Shown: positions 16,611-24,909 of the stretch, in pieces
Position numbering within the stretch: position 1 is the stretch's first letter
Layout: every line of letters begins with the position of its first letter
Assembly: GCA_003165595.1 (NCBI GenBank)
Contig: PLWQ01000012.1
Coordinates: 269,542 to 333,541, forward strand
Direction: 5' to 3'
DNA: 64,000 bases
Origin: Fibrobacterota bacterium
Lineage (GTDB): Bacteria > Fibrobacterota > Chitinivibrionia > Chitinivibrionales > FEN-1185
Notes under the pieces: model-generated
Told to the model about the DNA's origin: nothing
The model's input: only the letters and a program-made list of their open reading frames with translations
Databases searched by the model: none
Position numbers and translations under genes: made by a program

Positions 16611-17537
16611 ATGCCAAAAAATATCATGTTTTCAATTTCCTTGCTTGTCTTTCTTCTCCTGCAAAACCTTTACGGGAGCAGCGAAGGGTTACGGGAACAG
16701 GCAAGAATGCTGGAAAATTATGAGCATGTTGAAATCAATTCAATCATCGACACCATTAAGAAAGATTTACTTTCGGAAGATGCTTTAGTGCAGGATGCCG
16801 GATGTATCATACTGTTAAAAACGCTTGAACGGCTCAAGCAGGGCGACGGAAAGGCGGAACTTGTATTTGCCCAATTATCCGGTGACAAAAAAGCAGTCAA
16901 TGCTGCGGCCGACATAATTGATTCGAGATTGCTGGGATGGTACAGCCGGGCAAAGGCGGATGAAAACGACGATGACATACAACTATACACTCCCCTGTTC
17001 TATATCCTCGGGAAAGCAGACGACAGAAGCGCCAGGGGAACGCTGGTCAGGTCAATTCTCTATCTTAGCGGCCGCAAGGATATTCTCGAAGGAATACCCA
17101 TGAGCGAGGAAATGGTTGCGGTTTCATTGAGAAGACTTGCGGTAATCGAAGAAAAGCTGTGCTGCGTTTATCCGGGAAGAGATTTCGTTATTGAGATGCT
17201 GGATAAGGATTCACGATTCGACATGCTGGATATATTCGAAACTTTTCTTCTGGCGAATAAGAACCTCAGCGAGAAAACGAAAAAGGAAATAAAGGAATTT
17301 GTCACCGACTGCATGGGGTATGGGGATTCGAAAAACGGCTATTTGATCCGAATCAAGGCGGTAAAAATAGCCGCGATACTTGTGAAAAATGGAGAAAATG
17401 ATCTGACGAGCAAAATCGAGGATTTGTCGAAAAACGACCCATATTATGTACACAAATCTACTGGCAAGGCAGGATATAGCATGACGGAATTGATTTATCC
17501 GGTGAGGGAAATCGGTTCGAAAATCCTCCTGCGCTAA
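16611..17537 (+). CDS. Secreted alpha-helical-repeat protein, function unknown
   Basis: ORF 16350..17537 trimmed to ATG 16611 (MPKNIMFSISLLVFLLLQNLYG is a signal peptide). It is AT-richer than neighbouring genes and divergent from the ECF sigma gene. No motif recognised. Confidence 0.45.
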   Translation: MPKNIMFSISLLVFLLLQNLYGSSEGLREQARMLENYEHVEINSIIDTIKKDLLSEDALVQDAGCIILLKTLERLKQGDGKAELVFAQLSGDKKAVNAAADIIDSRLLGWYSRAKADENDDDIQLYTPLFYILGKADDRSARGTLVRSILYLSGRKDILEGIPMSEEMVAVSLRRLAVIEEKLCCVYPGRDFVIEMLDKDSRFDMLDIFETFLLANKNLSEKTKKEIKEFVTDCMGYGDSKNGYLIRIKAVKIAAILVKNGENDLTSKIEDLSKNDPYYVHKSTGKAGYSMTELIYPVREIGSKILLR

Positions 17538-17552
17538 AAGGCTTCGGCGGAC

Positions 17553-18305
17553 TCATTTCATCATGATCTTGCCTAGCGGCGATGCGCCAGGATGGCTCGT
17601 AAGGTACTCTTCCCATGTTGTCCAGGATGGGGTAGTCCCCGTATGACAATCTTTGCAATCTCCCTTGTCAAAAACGCCATTGATGTGGCGTGACCAATCA
17701 ACGGTTCCGGTGCCCACGTTGTACAAAGAATCTGTAAGAGATTTTCCGTGACAATTGAAACAATATTGCACATTCGCACCCTGCACCTGGTTCCCCAGGC
17801 TATCCTTTTTCCCGTTGCGTGAATGCCCGTAATGGCCGGCATACATCCCGGGGGAAGTCGTACTCAAGTCGTGGCAGGCCCTGCAATTGGCAGGATCAAC
17901 CGTATCCGTACCATTCCAATGAACGGAAGCATGGGTTCCCTGCGGGATACCGCCGTGACAATAGACGTTGTTGCATTGCTTTGAGGCTTTGGTGAAACTT
18001 GCTTTGCCGCTGTCGTCCCAGGGAGAGGAAAAAACGACGTCGGTATCGCCGTTCCTGTGGGTCACGGGATTTACGATAAAAGAGTCAGTCATTGAGTCCA
18101 TTGCATATCCCTTGTGACAATACGAGCATTTATAGCCAATCCCGGCAACGTGGTATGTATGCCCGGCGTCGGCGGGAGGAAGCGCGTGACAGCTTCCGCA
18201 ATTTGCCTTCGTTATCACAAGCGGTGCCGGTTCGGTCGCTTTCTGGGCGCAGTTGACTGCTGCCAGCAACATCCCGGCCGCAAAGATCTTAATGAGTGTT
18301 TTCAT
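17553..18305 (-). CDS. Multihaem c-type cytochrome lipoprotein (5 CxxCH plus 1 CxxxxCH)
   Basis: ORF trimmed to ATG 18305, which is preceded by GGAGG. It has a lipobox LLAAVNC. Haem motifs are CGSCH, CSYCH, CNNVYCH, CRACH, CFNCH and CKDCH. This resembles the Geobacter-type CxxxxCH...CxxCH domain family. Confidence 0.85.
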   Translation of the reverse strand: MKTLIKIFAAGMLLAAVNCAQKATEPAPLVITKANCGSCHALPPADAGHTYHVAGIGYKCSYCHKGYAMDSMTDSFIVNPVTHRNGDTDVVFSSPWDDSGKASFTKASKQCNNVYCHGGIPQGTHASVHWNGTDTVDPANCRACHDLSTTSPGMYAGHYGHSRNGKKDSLGNQVQGANVQYCFNCHGKSLTDSLYNVGTGTVDWSRHINGVFDKGDCKDCHTGTTPSWTTWEEYLTSHPGASPLGKIMMK

Positions 18306-18785
18306 CGTAGCCCGGCCTCCTGTCGTAAAGAGCACGAATTTCCTGTCCAGCAGTACATGGCGCAGTTGACCGCGCCCCTCGTCAGAGTATCGTTAACCTT
18401 CAATGAAAAATATAGGTGTTTGCGGACGCCATCGTCAAGAAAGGAAAAACCAGGCATGTGGTTTTTTCTCAAAGCCTATTCTTTGGCGGTGGCCCGCCAA
18501 AGGTTCCGTGCTTCTCCATGTCCAAGCCAACGGGAATATAGCCCTGGATTATGAATTTCCCTGAGCAGGCATTGAAATAAATGAACAAAGGATACAAGCA
18601 GGAGCGGAAGTGAAAAACCCCGCCGCACACCGCGACTACGACTGCATATTTACCTACAGGAGTAGCCGCTTTGCGAACTGCGGGGCATCTTCCATCCATA
18701 AGGAAGAAGAACTTCATGGTCGTTTGCTAACCCCGGAGCACCACCACTACGGCTGCGAACCTTCGGGGTTAGTAAACGTTGGAAT

Positions 18786-18998
18786 TCAACACGAAACTAT
18801 CATCTGCTCTCCGCAGCACATGATGTCATGCGGGACCGCGCAACCACATTCATCAACAACCTCTAACTGCAAGCCGCATTCCCTGCAGGAAAGCTTGGAA
18901 CCTTTACTTATGGCCTTTTTCGATTTTGGGCGAGCCGCTTTTTTCGGTTTCTTGTTCATTGCAGAATCCCCTTTCTTGGTGAAAAGTTTTCCGAACAT
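18786..18998 (-). CDS. Small Cys-rich protein with desulforedoxin-like CxxC...CC metal site and Lys-rich N-terminus
   Basis: The motif is SCRECGLQLEVVDECGCAVPHDIMCCGEQM (compare desulforedoxin CxxCG...CCGxxM). It lies 6 nt downstream of the cupredoxin gene. Confidence 0.5.
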   Translation of the reverse strand: MFGKLFTKKGDSAMNKKPKKAARPKSKKAISKGSKLSCRECGLQLEVVDECGCAVPHDIMCCGEQMIVSC

Positions 18999-19004
18999 TT
19001 GTCT

Positions 19005-19655
19005 TTATCGGTTCACGACCATCCCTATTCCGACAATCTCAGTTCCGTCGACCGACAACCTGGCGAAATACGGCCCGGCCGCCAGCCGGGGATTAATCGG
19101 CACGCGGAAAGCCCCGGCGTCGTACATACGCTGTGTCGGTGTGGTAACAGCGCGGCCACGCTCATCGAAGACCTCAATCTTTACAAATGCAGCGCGAGGA
19201 ATCCTAAACTCGGCCGCCGCCAGGGGAGCCGCGATCATATGAACGGCTATTCCCGCGAACGTTTGTCCGGCACGACCATACTGTCCGGTTTCTCTCACTG
19301 CCGAGCCGCTTGCTTCGAATGAACCGACCATGCCAAGACCCGCATGCACGTCACACTGATAATTGTACGTTCCCGTCACGGTTATCGCATAGAGAAACTT
19401 GGTTCCGGAAGTGTTGTGCCAGGTCGGGGCCCCGGCGGGAATCGTGGTAGAACTCAGCGGGTGCATGCCGAAATCTCCATCCCACTCGACCGTGTCTCCT
19501 ACGGATGCCGAAAAAGTCTTAGGTGAATACGCATAACCCAAACTTCCGCCGAACTGAACCATATGAGTTGTTGACCAGTCGTCCTTTGCAGCCAGCAAAA
19601 GAATCATGGCCGGAATGATTCCGAGAATCGGGAAGGTCGGAACACGGTGATTCAT
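19005..19655 (-). CDS. Cupredoxin (plastocyanin/azurin-like blue copper protein) with T9SS C-terminal sorting domain
   Basis: YNYQCDVHAGLGMVG supplies Cys/His/Met copper ligands, with MHPL upstream. The C-terminal ~70 aa (VKIEVFDERGRAV...GPYFARLSVDGTEIVGIGMVVNR) fits the Por secretion tail pattern. Confidence 0.75.
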   Translation of the reverse strand: MNHRVPTFPILGIIPAMILLLAAKDDWSTTHMVQFGGSLGYAYSPKTFSASVGDTVEWDGDFGMHPLSSTTIPAGAPTWHNTSGTKFLYAITVTGTYNYQCDVHAGLGMVGSFEASGSAVRETGQYGRAGQTFAGIAVHMIAAPLAAAEFRIPRAAFVKIEVFDERGRAVTTPTQRMYDAGAFRVPINPRLAAGPYFARLSVDGTEIVGIGMVVNR

Positions 19656-20123
19656 AAGATACCTCCAGTTTGTCCTTCAAGACTAAAGGGGCGCATGAGG
19701 GTGGGGCCATCCAGGTTTGGCAGGCTCCATTCCTCGAATGCTAAAAGAGAAGAAACTGCAGAAAAGAAAACAGCAATCGCAAAAACAGGTCGATTCATGA
19801 ATCCCAGATCGTCGCAAAAGTTGTGCCGTATCGTATTTCTGCGGGTCAACCTCCAAGAAAGGCTGAACTTCCACAATGATTATCAATCAATGGTGCAATG
19901 TCTGATTATAATAGGATGAGGCATCTCCACAATCAAGATTCGCAGATATGCCAAGTTCTTTAGAAATGAGAAAAGAGCGCCGGCTAAGCTTATGGCACCC
20001 ATTTCCAGTAAACAACCACCGCCACAGGGAATGGTAACTGGAATTGGGCGCCCCGCCTCCGAATTTGGAACGAAACTTGCGAAAGAATAATTCTTCGAAA
20101 CATCACATCCAAAGGAGGATCTC

Positions 20124-20753
20124 ATGGCAAGCAGCGTTGCCCCTGTGCGCAAGGGTCGTTTCAGTGCGAGATTAATACGCGCTTTTGCAATTCTGTTCCT
20201 TTTCAACTCCCCGTTTGTTTATGCTCAGAACAACTATCTTGGCGAAATCAAACTGTTCGCTGGAAATTTCGCCCCTGTCGGCTGGGCGTTCTGCGACGGC
20301 TCGCTTCTGCCGATCACCCAAAACCAGGCTTTGTTCTCCCTGCTCGGAACAACCTATGGGGGTAATGGAACGACCACATTTGCGCTGCCCGATCTTCGGG
20401 GACGGTTTCCCATGAATGCCGGCACCGGGACAAATTTGACCCCCAGGCTTCTGGGGGACGTTGGAGGCCAGGAGACCGAAACGCTCACCGAGGCCCAAAT
20501 GCCCGTACATACGCACGGTGCGGTTGTAGCAGTCGATTCGACTGTCGCAACTACCGACCGACCGCAGAACGCGCTGGCCGCCCGCAACGCATCGGCGACT
20601 CCCTCGTACGGGAAAACAGGCAACGCGACATTGGCCTCTTCGGCGGTGGCGGTGAGCCCCGCCGGCGGCGGGCAGCCGCACCCGATCATGCCGCCGTTTG
20701 AATGTGTCAATTTCATCATCGCGCTGACGGGAATATTCCCCGCACGCAATTAG
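20124..20753 (+). CDS. Phage-tail-collar-domain (MdpB-like) secreted protein
   Basis: It has a signal peptide. GEIKLFAGNFAPVGWAFCDGSLLPITQNQALFSLLGTTYGGNGTTTFALPDLRGRFP is the canonical collar-domain motif. An AGGAGG RBS is present. Confidence 0.85.
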   Translation: MASSVAPVRKGRFSARLIRAFAILFLFNSPFVYAQNNYLGEIKLFAGNFAPVGWAFCDGSLLPITQNQALFSLLGTTYGGNGTTTFALPDLRGRFPMNAGTGTNLTPRLLGDVGGQETETLTEAQMPVHTHGAVVAVDSTVATTDRPQNALAARNASATPSYGKTGNATLASSAVAVSPAGGGQPHPIMPPFECVNFIIALTGIFPARN

Positions 20754-20805
20754 TCCGGAACCGGCGCAGCCTTCACGGCGGCTGCGTTCACGAAAGGAGT
20801 TTGCA

Positions 20806-21978
20806 ATGGGGAAAATTACGGTTGCGGCACGGGGAATAATGGTGTGCTGCATCGCTGCGTGCGCGTTTCGCGCACACGGCGTCACGTTGTATTGGATGGA
20901 GGCAAATTTCACCTCACCCCGGCTGGTCATGGCCGACGAAAGCGGTACCGTAAAATCGACACTCGCCCTTGCTGCGCAGTCCCTTCCGCAGGCACTGGCG
21001 GCAAGCCGGGGGACCAACGCGGTTTTCTGGACCGAACTCGCGTTTGTTAATGCTCATATCAAATTCGCGGGCGCGGATCCCGGCGACTCGGGCACGGTGA
21101 TGTCTTTGCAATCGTGCGCCAGAGGGATCACGATCGACTCGACAAACGGGAAGATTTACTGGACCGCCACCAATCTCACGGCAGGTCCCGGGATATTCCG
21201 CTCAAACCTCGACGGATCTTCAGCCGAGCCGCTCGAATTCTTCGGCGCATCGAGCCTGCACACGCCCTTTGGAATCGCAGTCGACGAAAGATCGCAAACG
21301 ATGTACTGGGCCGATTTCGGGGCAGGAGCGATTGAACGGGCCGCAGCCACGTCACAGGCGCCGTGGCAGGCAATTGTGACCGGTCTTTCCGGGCCAGTGG
21401 GAGTGGCTCTCGACCCGGACAGCGGGTTCGTATTTTGGACAGATGCGAATGCGGGAAACATCGGCAGATCAAAACTCGACGGGTCGGGCGTGACATCCAT
21501 TATTGCGCATTGTTCCAGCCCGCAATACCTGAGCGTGGGCCGGACAACGCAGAGGCTTTTCTGGACCGAATTCGGCGCGGATCTGGTGCGGTCCTGCAGG
21601 CTGGACGGCACCGACACAATCACGGTTGCCCATACTACTTTTCCACCATGCGGGATTGCCGTTCTCGACGGGCCCTCCGCATTGTCGAAACCGTTCAAGT
21701 CTCCGAATGCTCCGCTCGGCTATACTGTTTTTGTGCACCCAGAGGATCCGTTTGGCAGGATCATACGCATACGGTACCAGCTCCCGAAAACAAGCAGAGT
21801 GGCCATCGAGGTGTTCGACCTGCGGTCGCGCCGCGTTAAAGCGCCGCCCGCAGCCTCGCAGTCCGCCGGATACTATCATTGGGACCTTGACGCTTCCGCA
21901 CTTGCGGCCGGTGCCTACGTGGTGCGATTTACCGCGGGCCAATTTACTAATACGACTAAGTGTACTATTGTGAAATAG
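20806..21978 (+). CDS. YWTD (LDL-receptor class B) beta-propeller protein with T9SS C-terminal sorting domain
   Basis: It has repeated blades: IYWTATN, MYWADFG, VFWTDAN and LFWTEFG. The tail is VAIEVFDLRSRRV...GAYVVRFTAGQFTNTTKCTIVK. Confidence 0.75.
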   Translation: MGKITVAARGIMVCCIAACAFRAHGVTLYWMEANFTSPRLVMADESGTVKSTLALAAQSLPQALAASRGTNAVFWTELAFVNAHIKFAGADPGDSGTVMSLQSCARGITIDSTNGKIYWTATNLTAGPGIFRSNLDGSSAEPLEFFGASSLHTPFGIAVDERSQTMYWADFGAGAIERAAATSQAPWQAIVTGLSGPVGVALDPDSGFVFWTDANAGNIGRSKLDGSGVTSIIAHCSSPQYLSVGRTTQRLFWTEFGADLVRSCRLDGTDTITVAHTTFPPCGIAVLDGPSALSKPFKSPNAPLGYTVFVHPEDPFGRIIRIRYQLPKTSRVAIEVFDLRSRRVKAPPAASQSAGYYHWDLDASALAAGAYVVRFTAGQFTNTTKCTIVK

Positions 21979-22288
21979 ACCTTGAATCGAGCATTTCTTG
22001 ATTTTACGGTATTGCGCCAGAGACTCGGTACCTCCGGTCCTCGCGTTGCACATAATGATAATCAGACAACCATTTTTGCGAATCAATCCCTCAGACACAC
22101 CTTCCCACCGGCCACGGTGACCAGCGTGGCTGCTGATGATAACTGGATATCAACACCGGCCTCCCTCCCGTATTATTGGTGGCATATTACTTGCGTTGTT
22201 ACTCCAGCGGATCATCGGGTTATTCCGGCTGGGAACCCAGTCGACGCGATTGATCCGGCATGGAAACAGAAAAGGACATGAGTTCATT

Positions 22289-23755
22289 ATGGGAAACGGC
22301 AGTATTCCCGTTTTGGCAGCGTCCGTTTGCATTGCGATTTTCGCGGGATGCGTGTACGATGTACCACGCGTGTACGGAGTTCCGGGCGCTTCGCCGCGGC
22401 CGGACGCCGCGTGGGTCCCGCCGAAGAAAGCGGTTGAAAAACAGGAAGAGGCGGCCCGGGCCGAAAAATCGGGCTCTCCGATTCCTCGTGAGTACCTTGA
22501 CAACATAAGCAATCTCGGCCTGTGGGACATTGTGAATATTGCGCTCCGGAATAACAAGCTCACCCGCCAGACGTGGGCGCAGGCGCGGGCGGCAGCCGCG
22601 ACGTTCGCCGGCAAAGTCGGCTCCTATTTCCCTGATATCAATGGATCAGCCGCTGCAACCGACACCAAAAATCCCACGCTTGGAGGACGATACGTCAACG
22701 GCGTGTGGAGCTATTCCGCCGGCGCATCCCTGGACTGGCTTCTCTTCGACTTCGGTGGGAGAAGCGCCTCGGTCGAGGAATCGCGCCAGGCCTTGTTCGC
22801 AGCCGACTGGTCCCACAACGCCGAGATTCAGGGCGTCATTCTTCAGGTGGAGCAGGCATATTACGGCTACTTTACGGCCAAGAGTCTTCTCACAGCGCAG
22901 CAGGCTTCTGTGGAGGAAGCCAAGTCGAATCAAGCGGCCACCAACGACCGCCATTCGGCGGGACTTGCCACCATCGCAGACGTTCTTCAGGCGCGTACCG
23001 CCCTGTCGCAGGCTCAGCTCGGGCTGGCGACACTATCGGGGCAAGTCATGACAACGAGGGGAAGTCTGGCAACGGCAATGGGGCTTGAGGCAAATTCGGC
23101 GTTCGATGTCGTGCTTCCCGTTGGCGCGCCGCCCCGTGAGAAAAGAGTTCAGACGGTACAGGAATGTCTCGATAGCGCGATTCGCAAGCGCCCCGACCTC
23201 GCGGCCGCCCGGACCCTTGCCCTTGAGGCCGACGCGCATGCAAAGAACGTACAAGCCAACGAGTTTCCTTCGTTGTCTGCAACCGGGAGCCTCGGCTGGA
23301 TCTCGCTAGTCAACCTGAACGGCGGCTACACCACGTATAGCGCGGGTCTGGGGCTCAGCGTTCCGATTTTCGCGGGCTTTTCGCGTCACTACGACGCAGC
23401 AGCCGCTCGGGCACAGGCCGACGCTGCACACGCAAATGCGCAAAACGTCAAGGACCTCGTCACCCTCCAGGTCTGGACAAGTTACTACGGACTTGAAACG
23501 GCAGACCAGACCATTGTCGCCAGCGACGATCTGTTGGCAAGCGCCACGGAAAACCATGATGTTGCCCTGGGGCGCTACACGTCCGGGGTCGGAAGCATAC
23601 TCGACCTTCTCGTCGCCCAAACAGCGCTCGAAAGCGCCCGGGCGCAGCAAATTCAGGCTCGCGCCAACTGGTGGCTGGCCGCGGCGCAACTTGCGCATGA
23701 CATTGGTACGCTGGGAACAAAATCCGAAATGGAAAGAAAGGACGGCGGGCCATGA
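22289..23755 (+). CDS. TolC/NodT-family outer-membrane efflux lipoprotein
   Basis: ORF 22136..23755 trimmed to ATG 22289 (MGNGSIPVLAASVCIAIFAGC is a lipobox). It has two OEP repeats. It overlaps the MFP start by 4 nt. Confidence 0.85.
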   Translation: MGNGSIPVLAASVCIAIFAGCVYDVPRVYGVPGASPRPDAAWVPPKKAVEKQEEAARAEKSGSPIPREYLDNISNLGLWDIVNIALRNNKLTRQTWAQARAAAATFAGKVGSYFPDINGSAAATDTKNPTLGGRYVNGVWSYSAGASLDWLLFDFGGRSASVEESRQALFAADWSHNAEIQGVILQVEQAYYGYFTAKSLLTAQQASVEEAKSNQAATNDRHSAGLATIADVLQARTALSQAQLGLATLSGQVMTTRGSLATAMGLEANSAFDVVLPVGAPPREKRVQTVQECLDSAIRKRPDLAAARTLALEADAHAKNVQANEFPSLSATGSLGWISLVNLNGGYTTYSAGLGLSVPIFAGFSRHYDAAAARAQADAAHANAQNVKDLVTLQVWTSYYGLETADQTIVASDDLLASATENHDVALGRYTSGVGSILDLLVAQTALESARAQQIQARANWWLAAAQLAHDIGTLGTKSEMERKDGGP

Positions 23756-24909
23756 AGGCTTATCATCCGATCCTTCGGCTTATCGTGCTCGCGCCTCTGA
23801 TTGCAGGAGCGCTGGCCCTGTTCTCCGTCGGCTGCGCCACCAAGAAGGCCGGCAGAGGAGGTGCTTTTGCCGCTCCGGTAGTTGTTGAACAGGCCCTTTC
23901 GATGGATGTTCCGGTGGAGCTGCGACAAATCGGAACAGTGGAGGCGATAAACACCGTAGCCATCACTGCCCGGGTGGGAGGACAACTCGTGAGGGTGGGA
24001 TTTACCGAAGGCCGGAATGTCCGCAAAGGCGAAGTGCTTTTTCAAATCGACCCCGCGCCCTACCGTGCCGCGCTTGCCCAGGCGCGGGCGAACCTCGAGC
24101 GCGACAAGGCGGCATTGTCAAACGCCAGTGCGGATGTGGCACGATATCGAGATCTGGTGCAGAAAGATTACGTGACCAGGCAGACATACGACGCGGCAGT
24201 CTCGACCGCTGCCGAGACAAAGGCCATGGTCGACGCCGATTCGGCGGCCGCCCAGACCGCCAGCCTCAACCTCGCCTACTGCACGATTGCGGCGCCCATA
24301 ACGGGGCGAACCGGGCCACTGCTCGTTAAGCAAGGAAACCTCGTGGTTGCCAACGGCGCAACCCCGCTTGTCACCATCAATCAAATTGAGCCCATTTACG
24401 TGAGTTTCGCTATTCCCGAACAGCAACTTTCCGAAGTCCGGGCCCGCAGGCGCCAGGGGGAGCTCCCGGTGACGACGTATCTGCCTTCCGATTCCACAAA
24501 AATGTTCCAGGGCAGTCTCACCTTCGTCGACAACACGGTGGATCCGACAACCGGCACGGTCCTGCTCAAGGCGTCATTTGCAAATGCCGAAGGCGTGTTG
24601 TGGCCCGGCCTTTATGTAAAGGTGGCGCTTGTGCTCACCACCATTCGCAATGCCACCGTGGTGCCGGCCGCGGCCGTGCAAACGTCCCAGCAGGGGAATT
24701 TCGTGTATGTCGTGGCGCCGGGCGACACTGCGCAACTACGGCCGATCGAGATGGGGCCCTCGTACCTGCAATGGGTCGTTGTCGACAAAGGCGTTGCGTC
24801 CGGGGAAAAGGTGGTCACCGACGGACAGTTGGGAATACGGCAGGGAATGCGGGTTATGGTAAAAACCGGCCTCATGTCGGCTGCCGCCGGAGGAGGACGG
24901 CACCAGTGA
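23752..24909 (+). CDS. RND efflux membrane-fusion protein (AcrA/MexA-like)
   Basis: 385 aa with a lipobox LFSVGC. It shows the biotinyl-lipoyl, hairpin and beta-barrel pattern (VLFQIDPAPYRAAL...NLAYCTIAAPITGR). Confidence 0.9.
   Translation: MKAYHPILRLIVLAPLIAGALALFSVGCATKKAGRGGAFAAPVVVEQALSMDVPVELRQIGTVEAINTVAITARVGGQLVRVGFTEGRNVRKGEVLFQIDPAPYRAALAQARANLERDKAALSNASADVARYRDLVQKDYVTRQTYDAAVSTAAETKAMVDADSAAAQTASLNLAYCTIAAPITGRTGPLLVKQGNLVVANGATPLVTINQIEPIYVSFAIPEQQLSEVRARRRQGELPVTTYLPSDSTKMFQGSLTFVDNTVDPTTGTVLLKASFANAEGVLWPGLYVKVALVLTTIRNATVVPAAAVQTSQQGNFVYVVAPGDTAQLRPIEMGPSYLQWVVVDKGVASGEKVVTDGQLGIRQGMRVMVKTGLMSAAAGGGRHQ

Noticed and set aside
20124-20753. The tail-collar-domain gene as evidence of a prophage.
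   Set aside because: There are no capsid, terminase, baseplate, integrase or lysis genes nearby. The protein has a signal peptide. Stand-alone MdpB-like collar proteins are common in bacterial chromosomes.
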